Of a stretch of DNA of 64,000 nucleotides, positions 32,363-43,732 are shown one piece after another. The notes beneath the pieces were generated by a model that saw only the letters and a program-made list of their open reading frames with translations, searched no databases and was not told the DNA's origin. This DNA comes from an uncultured Planctomycetota bacterium (GTDB lineage: Bacteria; Planctomycetota; Planctomycetia; Isosphaerales; Isosphaeraceae): positions 32,001-96,000 of the forward strand of contig CAWJTV010000040.1 of NCBI GenBank assembly GCA_963845755.1, in the 5' to 3' direction. Positions within the stretch are counted from its first letter, which is position 1; every line of letters starts with the position of its first letter. The position numbers and the translations under genes were made by a program.

Positions 32363-33148
32363 TCAGATTGACGGGGATCTCATGTTGTTCGAGAACCCTC
32401 TTCTTTGGATGACGACCCCACTTATCAAGCCCAGTAGAAGGAGGATGGACGACGATGGCTCCGGAACTCCGGAGGTGTAGATCGTGGCCCGGGGAAGGTT
32501 CACTCTGGTGCCAGACGTTAACGTCATCAGATCGGATTTAACCGGTTGATTGGCCGAGAAGAAACCAAAGATATAACCGGTTTGTCCTTGGCCAATCGGA
32601 GTCCCCTGTTTACCGTCTGCGCTGGCGTACGTGACCAAGACGCGGTTATTTGAATCGTCTAAGAAGACGGAAAACGGTTTGACCTGGCCTACTGTCGTAA
32701 AGCCACCGATCGCAGAGGCCCCGCTAAAGCCACTGATGAAGATCGAGGTGTCAAGCTGCCCATTGATCTCGGCTGGTTTTGAATCGATGAACGGAACGAA
32801 CGCGTTGATGACGTTCGCACCACTCGGCGCCGTAATCTGATAGAGGTATAAGTTGATGCCTGAGTTGTTGCCTTGTCCCATGAACACCTGTGAGCCGACA
32901 GTGCCTTTTGATCCATCATCGAACATAAAAGTGCTCGTCATGTACGCGGTGATTGGCTCTTCCAACACGAAGGCACTTGCGAGCTGCTCCTGAGTCACTT
33001 GAGTATTCGACAGAAACCCCGCTATGGCATGAGACGGTGCTGCGAACCAAAGTGCGACGATCACGCCAAGCGCCGATCGAGACTTCGCCCCGAGCGCTTT
33101 CCGAGGATGCTGATTCACCGTCAAAGCGACGCGAATCCACGGCCTCAT
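32363..33148 (-). CDS. PEP-CTERM sorting domain protein
   Basis: Signal peptide; C-terminal VPEPSS-TM-RR; GGAGG RBS. Confidence 0.85.
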   Translation of the reverse strand: MRPWIRVALTVNQHPRKALGAKSRSALGVIVALWFAAPSHAIAGFLSNTQVTQEQLASAFVLEEPITAYMTSTFMFDDGSKGTVGSQVFMGQGNNSGINLYLYQITAPSGANVINAFVPFIDSKPAEINGQLDTSIFISGFSGASAIGGFTTVGQVKPFSVFLDDSNNRVLVTYASADGKQGTPIGQGQTGYIFGFFSANQPVKSDLMTLTSGTRVNLPRATIYTSGVPEPSSSILLLLGLISGVVIQRRGFSNNMRSPSI

Positions 33149-33290
33149 GGTGCACCTCCTCCGGATTTGCTCAATTTGAAAGGACTTCCGCATTGGCTCG
33201 GTGTCATCGCGAAGTCCGGTTTCGATTCGCATCGCCGTTCATAGTAGTCCTGACTCTGGCGAATACAAGGGCGCGGTCGCCGAAACGCCT

Positions 33291-33507
33291 TCACGCTTCC
33301 CACGGCTACGCATTATCCTCGACACGCCCGTCCAGATGCCGGATCATCCGACCCCACGACCGGCTGGTATGGCCCGAGGGGAACGGTTCAGCCTGAATCT
33401 CATCGACGTCGTACCGGCCCGGCTGCCGACTCCGGACGATCTCCCGTTCACCATAAAGGGTGCCGGTGTTATCGATGCCTTCGCCACGGTGGCTGACCCG
33501 GAACATG
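33291..33507 (-). pseudogene. Small hypothetical protein, probable premature stop
   Basis: MFRVSH...PGRYDVDEI...PFPSGHTSRSWG...; GGAG upstream. Confidence 0.45.
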
Positions 33508-33696
33508 CTGGCTCCGCCTGGTGAGGGATGGCGAGGTCGGCCGATATAAGACTCGGCCGCCTCGGCTGGGCGTGTTAACCGGCCCTGTAGAGCGGTTCTT
33601 CGACATGAGCGCACTGTGCAGATCCGCAACGAGGGGGCCAGGCCGAGCGTCCTGAGTCGGTACTGGAATTCTGAAGAAGCGAGCGCGAAGGCCGAA

Positions 33697-33736
33697 GGGC
33701 CGTCCTGCTGGGGTGATATCCGGCGGGGCGGCCTTC
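33697..33736 (-). terminator. GC-rich hairpin downstream of the spherulin gene
   Basis: GGCCGTCCTGCTGG...CCGGCGGGGCGGCC stem-loop. Confidence 0.35.
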
Positions 33737-33766
33737 ATGCGTTTGTCCAGCGAGGATGGCCACCGA

Positions 33767-34606
33767 CTAGAGGAGGTCGTTGATGATCTCGATCAGAATC
33801 ACCTCGATATCCCAGTAACTCGGGAGTCCGCCGTACGGATTGGGCAGCGTGCCATCCGTGATGTAGATGTAGCCCGCATTCTGGGAAAGTGCCTTGACCA
33901 CCGACCGGAGGAGGTCGAGTTCGGTCGGATCGGCGTAGACGATGTTGGCGATCTGAGACGGACTGTAACTTAGCCACCAGGGCGTCAGACCGGTATAGGG
34001 GCCTTTCTTGGGGAAGTCCTCGTAGCTGGGGCCGGTCGGGTCGGAATTGGCATAAGGCCCCTCGAAGATGACCAGCGTATCCGCCGCGGTGATGTACGAC
34101 TCGGAGAAGGGTTCCCCGGGGTTGCCGACGACGTGCAAGTCGATGCCCGCTTCGGCAGCTATCGCTTTGATGGACTGGTAGAGCCCCACGTAGTCCAGCG
34201 AGCCATCCTCGTTGCCCATCTCGTCGAGAAAGATCCCATTGACGCCGTACCAGGCCACATAATTGGAGACGTCGTTGAGGATGTCTCCCGCATCCCGCGC
34301 ACCATAGCCGGTCGCGACGTAGCCGATGACCTTGCCGCCAGCGGCCTGGAGGTTCTGGACGGCGGTGACATAATCGCTGTTCACGGCGGGTCCGGGGCCG
34401 CTGTCCGGGTTCATGATCGCCTCGATGGGGATAGAGGCGGCGGTCGTGTTCAGGTCGTCCCAGGGGGAACCCAGATACGACGGATAGAAATAGGCCGGGA
34501 CCAGGGCGACGACTTCGTCGGCCCGCACCATCGTCTCGGGAACAGGACCGAATATCCCAAAGGTCGCCGTCAGGGCGAGTGCGCACACGAGCTTGACAAG
34601 CCTCAT
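33767..34606 (-). CDS. Spherulation-specific family 4 (GH135-like) protein
   Basis: VPAYFYP, NPDSGPG, VIGYVATGY, GIFLDE, VIFE, NPYGGLPSYW. Confidence 0.88.
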   Translation of the reverse strand: MRLVKLVCALALTATFGIFGPVPETMVRADEVVALVPAYFYPSYLGSPWDDLNTTAASIPIEAIMNPDSGPGPAVNSDYVTAVQNLQAAGGKVIGYVATGYGARDAGDILNDVSNYVAWYGVNGIFLDEMGNEDGSLDYVGLYQSIKAIAAEAGIDLHVVGNPGEPFSESYITAADTLVIFEGPYANSDPTGPSYEDFPKKGPYTGLTPWWLSYSPSQIANIVYADPTELDLLRSVVKALSQNAGYIYITDGTLPNPYGGLPSYWDIEVILIEIINDLL

Positions 34607-34660
34607 CGTCTTCCTCCAACATCGGGGGTTCGTCCGGTTCATCAGGACACGGGATGAATT

Positions 34661-34900
34661 CTAACCAGCGTTCTCAGGGCCGCACAAGTCTAGGTAGACC
34701 CACTCGACCTCGTTGGCCTCCGGATCGTTGACGTACAGCGACCGCCAGTGGACCGAGGCGTGCTCCGCGGTGGCTAGCTGCCCGCTTCGGTGAGATCGAC
34801 CGAAGCACCTCTCCGAGAGGTGACCGTGGTCGGCGATCATCGGTCTGAAGGGCGTTTCCTCGAAGCCAGTGCGTCTTTGCAAACAGAAGGCGGCACACCT
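34661..34900 (-). pseudogene. VOC/glyoxalase C-terminal remnant
   Basis: 'WRSLYVNDPEANEVEW'. Confidence 0.5.
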
Positions 34901-35336
34901 GAACCAACACCCATAGCCGAGCGCTCGTGGCTGTCCGTTTGCCATCCCGAGGCCGAGTCGCGCGAAGCGTGGTGCGCAATTTGGGGCAACATCGTTGAGG
35001 GTCGACACCAACTGATATTCCGTGATCAACGAGGGTCTGAGCGAGATCAACGGTGCGTTCCCCGTTCCGCCGCCCAGAGAGAGCAGGGAACGGAACGACA
35101 ATCCGGAGTCGAGAGAAGGGGCCACCGGTACTTCGGCCGTGTGCAAACCACGGCTTCCATCGATTATCGTGATCGGACGTCAGTCAATTATCTTGAGCAC
35201 TCTCACCGGGCACCCTTGATGCCATCAGCGTCGTCGTCGCCTTCGCCTTGGCGGCTGACCCGGAACATGGTGGCCTCCTATCGTGATTCGTGCCGGCAAC
35301 GAGAAACCTCTCTCGGGTGCTAATCACGTCTTGGCC

Positions 35337-35984
35337 TCACGTGCCGCCCTCGTCAACGACTTGGGCTCGCTCCTGCGTCGAGTGTGGCAACGACCCGGCG
35401 TCACTTCCACCCCTCTCCCGCCTCGCGAGGAACCACGTGGCGACCATCCCTCCCAGCAGTCCGGACATCTGGGCGAACAGACAGTGGCCGACTCGCTGGA
35501 ATTCGTCGTAGCGGAGTCCCGCATACTTGCTTGCGGTCAGTTGGGATTGTATGGACCGAAGATTATTCGTCATGGTCGCCACGACGGGGTCGTATTTGAA
35601 CTTCGGCGTCGCCTGTCTCAGCCTGGCCAACTCAGTCTCGAGTTCCTGTTTTTCAAGCCGCAAAGCTCCGGCGTTCGATTCGAACAATAGGTCGCGGAGC
35701 TGGCCTATCCAATGCGTCGTGACGAGCTGTTGCCGGAACGGATCGCCGACCCACGGGCCGACGGACAGAGACAGATACCCACCGCCAAAGACGGCGAACC
35801 CCAGCCACCACGCCCGCTCCCGGCCTCGCATCAGGCTCGCCCCAAGGACCGCAACTCCGACGGCGGACAGGGCGGTCAGGAGCATCATCCCGGCCCAGTC
35901 CTCATTCGCGTTACGGAGAGCCGCCAGACCGACGGCGGCGAGGACGATGAATGCCATCAGGGTGCGGATGGAGAAGCGGCGCAT
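35337..35984 (-). CDS. Multi-TM planctomycete 'RFSIRTLM' family protein
   Basis: GGAGG RBS; 'WWLGFAVFGGGY', 'FQRVGHCL'. Confidence 0.75.
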   Translation of the reverse strand: MRRFSIRTLMAFIVLAAVGLAALRNANEDWAGMMLLTALSAVGVAVLGASLMRGRERAWWLGFAVFGGGYLSLSVGPWVGDPFRQQLVTTHWIGQLRDLLFESNAGALRLEKQELETELARLRQATPKFKYDPVVATMTNNLRSIQSQLTASKYAGLRYDEFQRVGHCLFAQMSGLLGGMVATWFLARRERGGSDAGSLPHSTQERAQVVDEGGT

Positions 35985-36111
35985 ACTGCCTCCTCGCGAT
36001 GGTCCGATTCCTTCGGGCGATTCCCCGCCGTATGATTTTGGGTGCCGAGGCCGGTCTCCTTGACAACATGGCCGCCTCGACTCACGGAGTTAAACGGCTT
36101 TCAGGCGATCA

Positions 36112-36465
36112 TCACTTGTATCCGTATCTTGCACAAGCCGCCTGGATGCGTTCCTCGTGGACCGCTTCATCGATCATGCGTCCGGTGGCCCAAACGTCAA
36201 GCCGTTCGAGGCGTGGTTTGATGGCGTTGTATTGCTCGTCATCGACGTAGGCTTCGCCGAATGCCCTATCTAGTCCCTCCGTCAGTGCAACGACAGCAGC
36301 CGCCGTTCCGCCGTGCCACGCGATCAAGGCGCGGAGGACCTGTTCGGCCGGCTGGCCGGGTTCCGGCAGCGGTGGCAGCCCCGGGTCGGCGACGGGGCCG
36401 AAGCGAACTGGCGAGACCAACAAGGCAGGTGTGGCGGTCAACAGCGTTCGGCGAGTCATGGTCAT
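36112..36465 (-). CDS. Hypothetical protein with a Tat-like signal
   Basis: MTMTRRTLL; AGGAAGG upstream. Confidence 0.5.
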   Translation of the reverse strand: MTMTRRTLLTATPALLVSPVRFGPVADPGLPPLPEPGQPAEQVLRALIAWHGGTAAAVVALTEGLDRAFGEAYVDDEQYNAIKPRLERLDVWATGRMIDEAVHEERIQAACARYGYK

Positions 36466-36602
36466 GGTGGCCTTCCTGTGGATGACTACTGTCTCCTACA
36501 CGATGGATCTGGCGTCCGGTCCAGCCGACACTCTCGGCTTCCCGTTGCTAGACCTGTGCCAGTTTGACGGGCACGCAAGATGAGGGCAACGGCGGAGCCA
36601 CC

Positions 36603-37626
36603 TCACCGTAAGCGCCGGGACGTCCAGGGGCCGATGCCGAGGAACAAGAGCAGGAGGCGGACGAACCCACAGCCGAGGGTCAGCATGAGGAGCAGGCCGA
36701 GGGCGAGCAGCGCCAGGGGCAGGACGGAAGTGAAGACGGCCAGGAGCAGGCTGGCGACCCAGACGAAGAGCCAGATCCGGACGAACCAGCCGATCAGGTC
36801 GAAAACCCTGAGCCGGGCGATAGTCGAGCGGAGGCCGTCGGCGGCGGAGGCCAGATCGTCGAAGATCGAAATGGCGGAGGGTCCCCAGGGTCGGCCGGGA
36901 ATGGGCTGGGGGGGCACGGAGGCGGCAGCAACGGCCTGGCGGGTCCGCTGGATGGTGCTCTCGGCGCCGATCGGGTCGGACGCCAGGCGGGACTCGGCCT
37001 CGGAAAAGGCGGCCTCGGCCGACTCAATCTCGGCGTGGTGGGGGTCGTCGGGCAAGAGCACGCCGGTCCCCCGGTCGACGGCGCCGCGCAGTCGCGCCAG
37101 CTCTTGGCGACCCGACTTCAAGGCGGCTCGGGCGGCGCTCGTGGGCGATGTTGAGCCGGTCGAGCTGCTCCTTGCACGAGCCGGCCAGGGCATGCAGCCG
37201 GTCGAGGTCGCCGGACTTCAACAGCGCTCCGGCGTCGCGCGCCGCCTGGGTGGTCAAGCCCGAGTCAGCCTGGAGCCTACCCTGGGCCGTCTTCCAGATG
37301 TCCATCACGCGGAGCCAGCGCTCCCAGAGGGCGTCCAGGTCGGAGCTGACCCCCTGATAGAGCGACAGCGTGGCACCCGCCATCGGCTCGGTGAAGTCGG
37401 GGTCTGTCGTGGGGAGCTCACTCTGACGCTTGCGCAGGGCGTCGAGCTGGTCCATCAGCGCGACGGCACGCTCGCGGAACCCCTTGAACTGCGCATCGAC
37501 GATCTCCTGCACACGCCGCTTGCGGACGTAGAGCCAGGCCAAGGCGGCGATGCCGGCCAGCGCCATGCCTACCATGAGGGCGACTGGCAACGTGTGCGTC
37601 TCGGCTTCGGCGGGGTGTGGGACCAA
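36603..37626 (-). pseudogene. 5'-truncated, frameshifted membrane/coiled-coil protein
   Basis: ORFs 37024..37626 and 36603..37193 read as one protein. Confidence 0.5.
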
Positions 37627-37912
37627 GCTTCCGGACTTCGACCTGCGCAGTTAGGAGCCATGCGGCGTCCAGCCCGATCGCCGCGTCCAGCTCGAACGGG
37701 TGTGTCATGGAAGGATCGACCAGTTAGGAGAAGAACTTACGTCCCGCCAGCATAGTCAGTTCGAGCGATCGGCTCAAGCCAACTTGATTGGAAGTCGGCG
37801 TATGACACCTGAGCCGTATCCTATGAGTTCCGGTCGGGCATGGCTGTGTCCGCGGTGCTCGGTCGGGCGTATCCCGGATGGCCGGGGCTCGGAGGCAAGC
37901 TCGATTCCCAGT

Positions 37913-39109
37913 TCAGAAACACATCTTGCCGTGCACGTCGCAGATGTCGTACGCCTGGGCGTTGTCGGCATAGATCGGCGCTAGAGGTAACGTAGCCGCG
38001 CTCCGCAGCGCGAATCGACCATGCTTCTGATTGATCGTCCGCTTCAATTCGGTCGCGGCGTCCTCGCCGTCCCGATCGAACAATCCCAGTTGCCGCGGCA
38101 CGTCCGGCGTCAGATCATCGGCGAACAAATGCATCCGAGAGGCGAGTGTGCGGGGCAACCAGGCCCTCCGAAGGCAGGGCCGGTACGTTTCCAGCAGGGC
38201 GTCAAATCGGTTGGTCGGCACCTGCAAGGTCGCTCGTCCTTCGCCCGCGCGGCCGTCTCGATATCCCACCCAGACCGCTCTGCGGCCGGTCAGCACCCGG
38301 TGGTAGACCAACTCCTCGATCAGCCGCTCGAGATTGCGCACCAGCCACGCCCAGAGCACGGAGGGGACATCGGTCGGCTCGCCGAAGCTTCCGCCGCGGG
38401 AGAGGACCTTGTGCGGCATCCGTTGCGTTCGGATCGGGAGAACCGGATCGCCGTTGAGTTCCCACCACAACGCCTCGCCGCTGGCGGTCAGGATCTGCCG
38501 GATTAACCGCCGGTCGGCCTGGGCGAGATCGAGGCATGTGCGAATACCCCACGGGATCAGCCGCTTTTCCCGCCGTCCGGAAATGCCCGTGACGTCCGTA
38601 ACCGGGTGGGCGGCCAGCAACGACTCCTCGGTGCCTCGGTCCAAAATCGCCATCGCCCCGAATGGCTTGGCGGCGTCGGAGATCAGCTTGGCCAGCGTGC
38701 GCGTGCGGGCGATCCCGACTGTCACCGGGACATGGACGCGCCCCATGATCTCGTCACGAATCGTCACCGCGAAGGACTGGAAATCATCGGCCGGGGCGAC
38801 CGAGGCGTCGAAGAAGAATTCGTCGATGCTGTAATACTCGACCCTCGGCGAGAGTTCGCGGACGGCCTCGAGCATCATCCGCGAGAGCACCTCATACCAT
38901 CGGAAATCCCGCTTGACGTAGAGGCCGTCGGGGCAGAGCCGCTGCGCGTCCCAGATGGGCATGCCCGTTTTCACGCCCAGGGCCTTCATCTCGTAGGACT
39001 TGGCGATGACGCACGCGCCCTGATTCCCCAGCACCCCGACCGGCATGTCCGCCAGGTGCGGCGTAGCGGACCCGTTCCGCAGAGACGTAGAACGCATCGG
39101 CGTCAAATG
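37913..39109 (-). pseudogene. Y-family (DinB/UmuC-like) DNA polymerase lacking its first few codons
   Basis: DAFYVS, AKSYE..GV, YSIDE, VGIARTRTLAK..S..KP. Confidence 0.85.
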
Positions 39110-40063
39110 GTCAGCGAACGGAATCTTGCCCGGAATACCCAGCGGAGTTACCGTGACGCCTTGCAACTCTTGCTCCCGGCTATCGCCCGGCGTGCACACA
39201 AACCGATCGATCGCCTGGCGGTCACCGACATGTCGGCCGACTGCGTCCGACAGTTTCTGAACGAGTTGGAGGAGAAGCGGGGATGCGCCATCGCCACGCG
39301 CAACCAGCGCTTGGCCGCCATCCACGCGCTGGCCCGGTTCATCGGGTTGCATGCGCCGGAATGGGTCGCATGGTGCGGACAAGTCCGGTCAGTGCCGTTC
39401 AAGAAAGGCCCGCGGGCGCTGGTCACGTACTTGGAAAAGCCGGAGATGGATGCGCTGCTGGCGGCACCTGACATGACGACCGCCCAGGGCCGTCGGGATC
39501 ATGCTTTGCTCCTGTTCTTGTATAACGCTGGTGCCCGGGCCGATGAGGCGGCCCAGGTTCGGATCAGCGACCTGACGTTGCCTCAAGTCCCTGACCGCGA
39601 GCTGGCCTCGGTCTTGATCCGGGGCAAAGGCAACAAGGCCCGCCGGTGCCCGCTGTGGGCGAGGACGGTGCGCGGACTGGCTGCGCTGGTGCAAGGGCAT
39701 GATAAGAACGAACATATGCAACTTAATCTGTTCGGCCGTCCCATCACACGATTTGGGATCCATACGCTGGTGGAACGTTGTGTTGCCCGGGCGGCGAAGG
39801 ACGTGCCATCCCTAACCGCCAAGCGAGTCAGTCCGCACACGATACGCCACACGACGGCGACCCACCTGCTGCGCGCGGGCGTGGACATCAACACGATCCG
39901 GGCCTGGCTGGGGCACGTATCGCTGGCGACGACCAACGTCTATGCGGAAGTGGATTTGGAGATGAAGGCGCCGGCGTTGGCCGGCTTTGAGGTGGGAGAT
40001 CCTGGCCTGGGCAAGCCCTGGCGGGAGGATGCGGGCTTGATGGGATTCCTCCGCAATCTCTAA
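39107..40063 (+). CDS. Tyrosine recombinase, RIT third-gene (RitC)-like, N-truncated
   Basis: NTQRSYRD, ATRNQRLAAIH, GARADE, HTIRHT, WLGH, TTNVY. Confidence 0.85.
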   Translation: MVSERNLARNTQRSYRDALQLLLPAIARRAHKPIDRLAVTDMSADCVRQFLNELEEKRGCAIATRNQRLAAIHALARFIGLHAPEWVAWCGQVRSVPFKKGPRALVTYLEKPEMDALLAAPDMTTAQGRRDHALLLFLYNAGARADEAAQVRISDLTLPQVPDRELASVLIRGKGNKARRCPLWARTVRGLAALVQGHDKNEHMQLNLFGRPITRFGIHTLVERCVARAAKDVPSLTAKRVSPHTIRHTTATHLLRAGVDINTIRAWLGHVSLATTNVYAEVDLEMKAPALAGFEVGDPGLGKPWREDAGLMGFLRNL

Positions 40064-40163
40064 CGGCCGGCTTCACGCGGCTGGCAGGTTCATGACGACC
40101 TCCCCGCCCATGCTCGAGCCGACCTCTACGTCTGCCCGGCAACTGTCGTAGCACTGCTTGGCC
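40058..40163 (-). other. attC-like imperfect hairpin downstream of the nuclease-transposase fusion gene
   Basis: Minus strand GGCCAA(G)C...GCTACGAC...GTGAAGC...GTTAGAG. Confidence 0.45.
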
Positions 40164-41555
40164 GCTTTGGTGGCGATCGTCCTGCCCACTGATTAGGCGC
40201 GACTTCCCGACGTCCCAGCCTTCGTGTCCTGATTTTCTGTCTTGTCGGGGGACGTGGAGGACCCCGACACAGCCGTTTCCGTGCCAGTTTCAGACTTCGT
40301 GCTCTTCTGTTGCTTCTGCCGGTTATACCGCCGAGGGAAACCCTTCGGATAGATTTCGAGGGGTGGCGTACGCCTCTTCTTCCGCTCTAGCTGGCAAAAC
40401 GTCTCGACATCGTCCTCGCGCGAGAGGAGGACCTTCAGGAAACTGACGCCTCGGTACTTGCAGGTCTGGTAGATACTCAGCAGCACGAGGTGGTCCGACA
40501 GCCCCTCTTCGATCATCTGGCCGTCGTAAAGCTCGCGAAAGAGGGCGAACGCCTTGATCGCGTGCTCCGCAGCGTTGTTGTTCCAGGGGATGTTGTCGTG
40601 GTCCAGAAAGGTGAAGAGCCCGCCCTCGTTCTCGAGGAGCCGCCTCTGGTAGCCCTCCGCCAGCTCGGAGCGGTAGACGCGGGGGGCCAGGTCGCGGTAG
40701 AAGTGGGCGACCTCGGCCTTGTGCCTTTACAGGTAGCGTTTTTTCAGCCCGTGCTTGTCGATCGTGTCCACAATGGCCCGCAACAACTTGGCGAACTCCG
40801 CTGCCAGTCCCTTGAACTCGTCATCGTAGGGGTTGCCCTTCAGGTCATTGTTGATGTCACGGATCATGTGGATGAGGCACTTCTGCTGTGCGCACGGCAG
40901 CGAGTCGTAGCCGGAGTAGAAATCGGAGACCATCACCCCCTTGAACTCCTTGAGAAGTTCGTGGACGAAGGCCGTTTCCCGGTTGGGCCTGTACATGTAA
41001 AGAACGTCCTCCAGGTTCGCCAGGACCCACGCATATCCCTTGCCTTTCTTCAGGTTGGCGTGGGTCTCGTCGATGTGGAGCAGCCCGCCCCCGACAATCC
41101 TCGCGAGGATCTGATTGAAGGTCGTCCGGTAGCGGTCCGCCATGACCGCCTTTATATCCATTAGTTCCCAGAGACTGACTTTCAGGCCGAAGCAGTCCTC
41201 GAACATTGTCCCGAGTTGCCGAAGGCTAACGCGGTCAACGATGTGCTGGTAAACGGCCCAGCTCTTTAGCCCGTGGAAGTGCTTGTCTCGCCTCTTGTAC
41301 CGCTCGGGCAGAAACCCCTTCCGACAATCCTCGCACTGGTGGCGGAGAGCGGTGCAGCGGACGACCTGCCTGCGGATGCCACCCGGTGTAAACTTGAGGT
41401 CGTAGGCGAGCTTGACACTTTTCTTCTTGCCGACCCGGATGATCCGGTTCCCGTTGCAGAATGGGCACGAATCGCTCGTGATCTCGACTTCCCTATTCAC
41501 GGGCAGATTCGACCGCTTCTTCTGCTTGCGTTGGCTCAGACAGGCCCGCCTGACC

Positions 41556-42843
41556 CAGGGCTAGCGCGTAACTGTGGCTAGATTGGGCAACCTGGGTCAT
41601 GTTTTCTTTTTGTGATCCTTTGTCTATCATTCTCGATGGCGCTCCCTTTGCGACTACCCACGGAGGATGGACCATGGCGGAAGTTCGGCGGATCGGTCTG
41701 GACGAGGTCGCACGGCACTTCGAGGAGTTGGAGGACCCGCGCTCCTCGGTCAATCGCAAGCATCCCCTGGTCAGCGTGGTCATCATCGCCGTGATGGCGG
41801 TCCTGGCCGGCGCCAACGGACCCACCGCGATCGCCAAATGGGCCGCCCTCAAGGAGGAGTTCCTCGTGGCAAACCTGGACTTGCCCGATGGGGTCCCGCG
41901 CAAGGATGTCTTCCGTCGCGTTCTGATGGCCCTGCGGCCGGGGGCCTTCCAGGCCTGTTTTGTGAGCTGGCTGGAGTCGCTGCGCACCGAGGCGGCCGCG
42001 GCGACCGGCGTGGAGCAGCCCGTCCTCGCGGTTGACGGCAAGACGGCGCGGCGGAGCCACGATCGCCAGAACGGCCTGGGCGCGTTGCATTCGGTCAGCA
42101 TCTGGGCCAGCGAGTTCGGCCTGACGCTGGGGCAGGTGGCCTGCGCCGAGAAGTCCCACGAGATCACGGCGATCCCCGAGGTCCTGCGGCTGGTGGACAT
42201 CAGGGGGGCGATCATCACCATCGACGCGATCGGGGCCCAGAAGGCGATCGCGGCGGAGATCATCGACGGCGAGGGGGACTACGTCCTGGCGCTGAAAGGG
42301 AACCAGGAGACGCTCCATCAGGCGGTCATCGATCACATCCACGAACAACTCGAGGGCGAGTTGGAGGGGGCCCAAGAGCAGGTAACGACCGAGAAGGGCC
42401 ATGGGCGCCAGGAGACGCGTACGTATCTCCAACTCCCGGCCCCCGAGGGCCTGCCGGGGTTCGGGCTCTGGAAGGCGCTGAAGACGATCGCGGTGGTGAC
42501 CTCGCTGTGCGTCCGCGACGGGAAACAGAGCGTCGAGGTCCGGTACTACATCAGCAGCCTGACCATGGACGTGAAGCGGCTGGCGAGGGCTGTCCGGGGC
42601 CACTGGGGTATCGAGAATAGCTGCCATTGGGTGCTCGACGTGACCTATCGCGAGGACGAGTCGCGGATCCGCGAGGAGGCGCTGCGGGAGAACTTCGCCT
42701 GGCTCAACCGCTTCACGTTGTCGCTCTTGAAACAGCATCCCGACCGCACCAGCCTCGCCATGAAACGTCGTAGTTGTGGCTGGAACGAAAACTACTTGCT
42801 GCAAGTCCTTACCGGATCTACATGTTAGTATGCGCTGGCCCTG
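41556..42843 (+). mobile_element. ISAs1-family IS (1288 bp), 10-bp TSD CCGCCTGACC
   Basis: TIRs CAGGGCTAGCGCGTA / CAGGGCCAGCGCATA; TSD at 41546-41555 and 42844-42853. Confidence 0.95.
41674..42828 (+). CDS. ISAs1 transposase (intact)
   Basis: DPR, AVDGK, ITIDA, LKGNQ, HGRQE, RGHWGIEN..HWVLDV. Confidence 0.95.
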   Translation: MAEVRRIGLDEVARHFEELEDPRSSVNRKHPLVSVVIIAVMAVLAGANGPTAIAKWAALKEEFLVANLDLPDGVPRKDVFRRVLMALRPGAFQACFVSWLESLRTEAAAATGVEQPVLAVDGKTARRSHDRQNGLGALHSVSIWASEFGLTLGQVACAEKSHEITAIPEVLRLVDIRGAIITIDAIGAQKAIAAEIIDGEGDYVLALKGNQETLHQAVIDHIHEQLEGELEGAQEQVTTEKGHGRQETRTYLQLPAPEGLPGFGLWKALKTIAVVTSLCVRDGKQSVEVRYYISSLTMDVKRLARAVRGHWGIENSCHWVLDVTYREDESRIREEALRENFAWLNRFTLSLLKQHPDRTSLAMKRRSCGWNENYLLQVLTGSTC

Positions 42844-43732
42844 CCGCCTGACCGCCCTGCTGGTGCGGACGAAGACCTTGTCGCGTTGGTAGTCGAAGTA
42901 AGCACAGCGGTTGACGTGGTCGAAGTCCTGGAGTGCGAACTTGGGACGGCACCACTGGTGGCAACGTGACGGGGCGACATCGTCCGCCCACACAACGGCC
43001 GGAGAAGACGAGGTAGATGTCGCCTCTGCACCCCGGATTCGTCCGGCGTCGGCGAGAGCCTTGACGAACTCCGTCACCTGCTTCAGGGCGGTACAGTCCT
43101 CGGCGTTGTAGATATGGAGCTTCTCCTTCCAGACTGCTTTCCGACTTTCCTGCCAGCGCGCCCGCCACACCAGGCTCTGCAAGCCTGAGGCATCTTCGTC
43201 CGACCATGTGCAGCCCAGGTATCGGCCCACGTCCTTGAGTCCGTTGGAGAAGGCGGGAAAGTACACATTGGAGTGGATGGCGGACAGGACGTTCACGGCG
43301 TTGGCGAGCAGGCGGTCCACGAGCTTCGTCCGCTTCACGACCTTCCTCATCCGTTGCAGCAATCTCCTCTCGTAGTTGCCGTAATGAAACAAGACAAAGT
43401 CCTCGCGGCCGTCCAGCAGGTCCAGGAAACCGTCGAATACCTCCACCTCCTGGTCCGGGCCATCCGCCCAGAAGGAGTGCATCTTCTGGCCGGCGCCCTC
43501 GACCACGAGGACGCCCAACAAGTAGGCGAAACGACCATCCTCGACGCCCTCGGCGTCGAAGAACACCTGCACCTGCTTGTATGGGATGTCGGGCGTGCCA
43601 TAGACGTGGACCTTCTTCTCGCGGATGGCCAGTGCCTGCAAGGCAGCGTAGTGGGGATAGCTTGTTCGCTTGACTCGCTTGCCTCTTTTCCGGGGGCGGA
43701 AGGTGCAGGATAGCTGCATCAGGGTGAAGATC

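Larger units (their letters stand above)
27462..32371 (+). pseudogene. S1/P1 nuclease interrupted by IS21-like copy 2
   Basis: WGRLGH, WAD, HLVEDLHQPCH, MHRVWDT|GII...AGVRLAWVLN. Confidence 0.9.

Noticed and set aside
38606..39382. Polymerase/integrase overlapping or fusion gene
   Set aside because: The extensions are antisense read-through across a deletion junction
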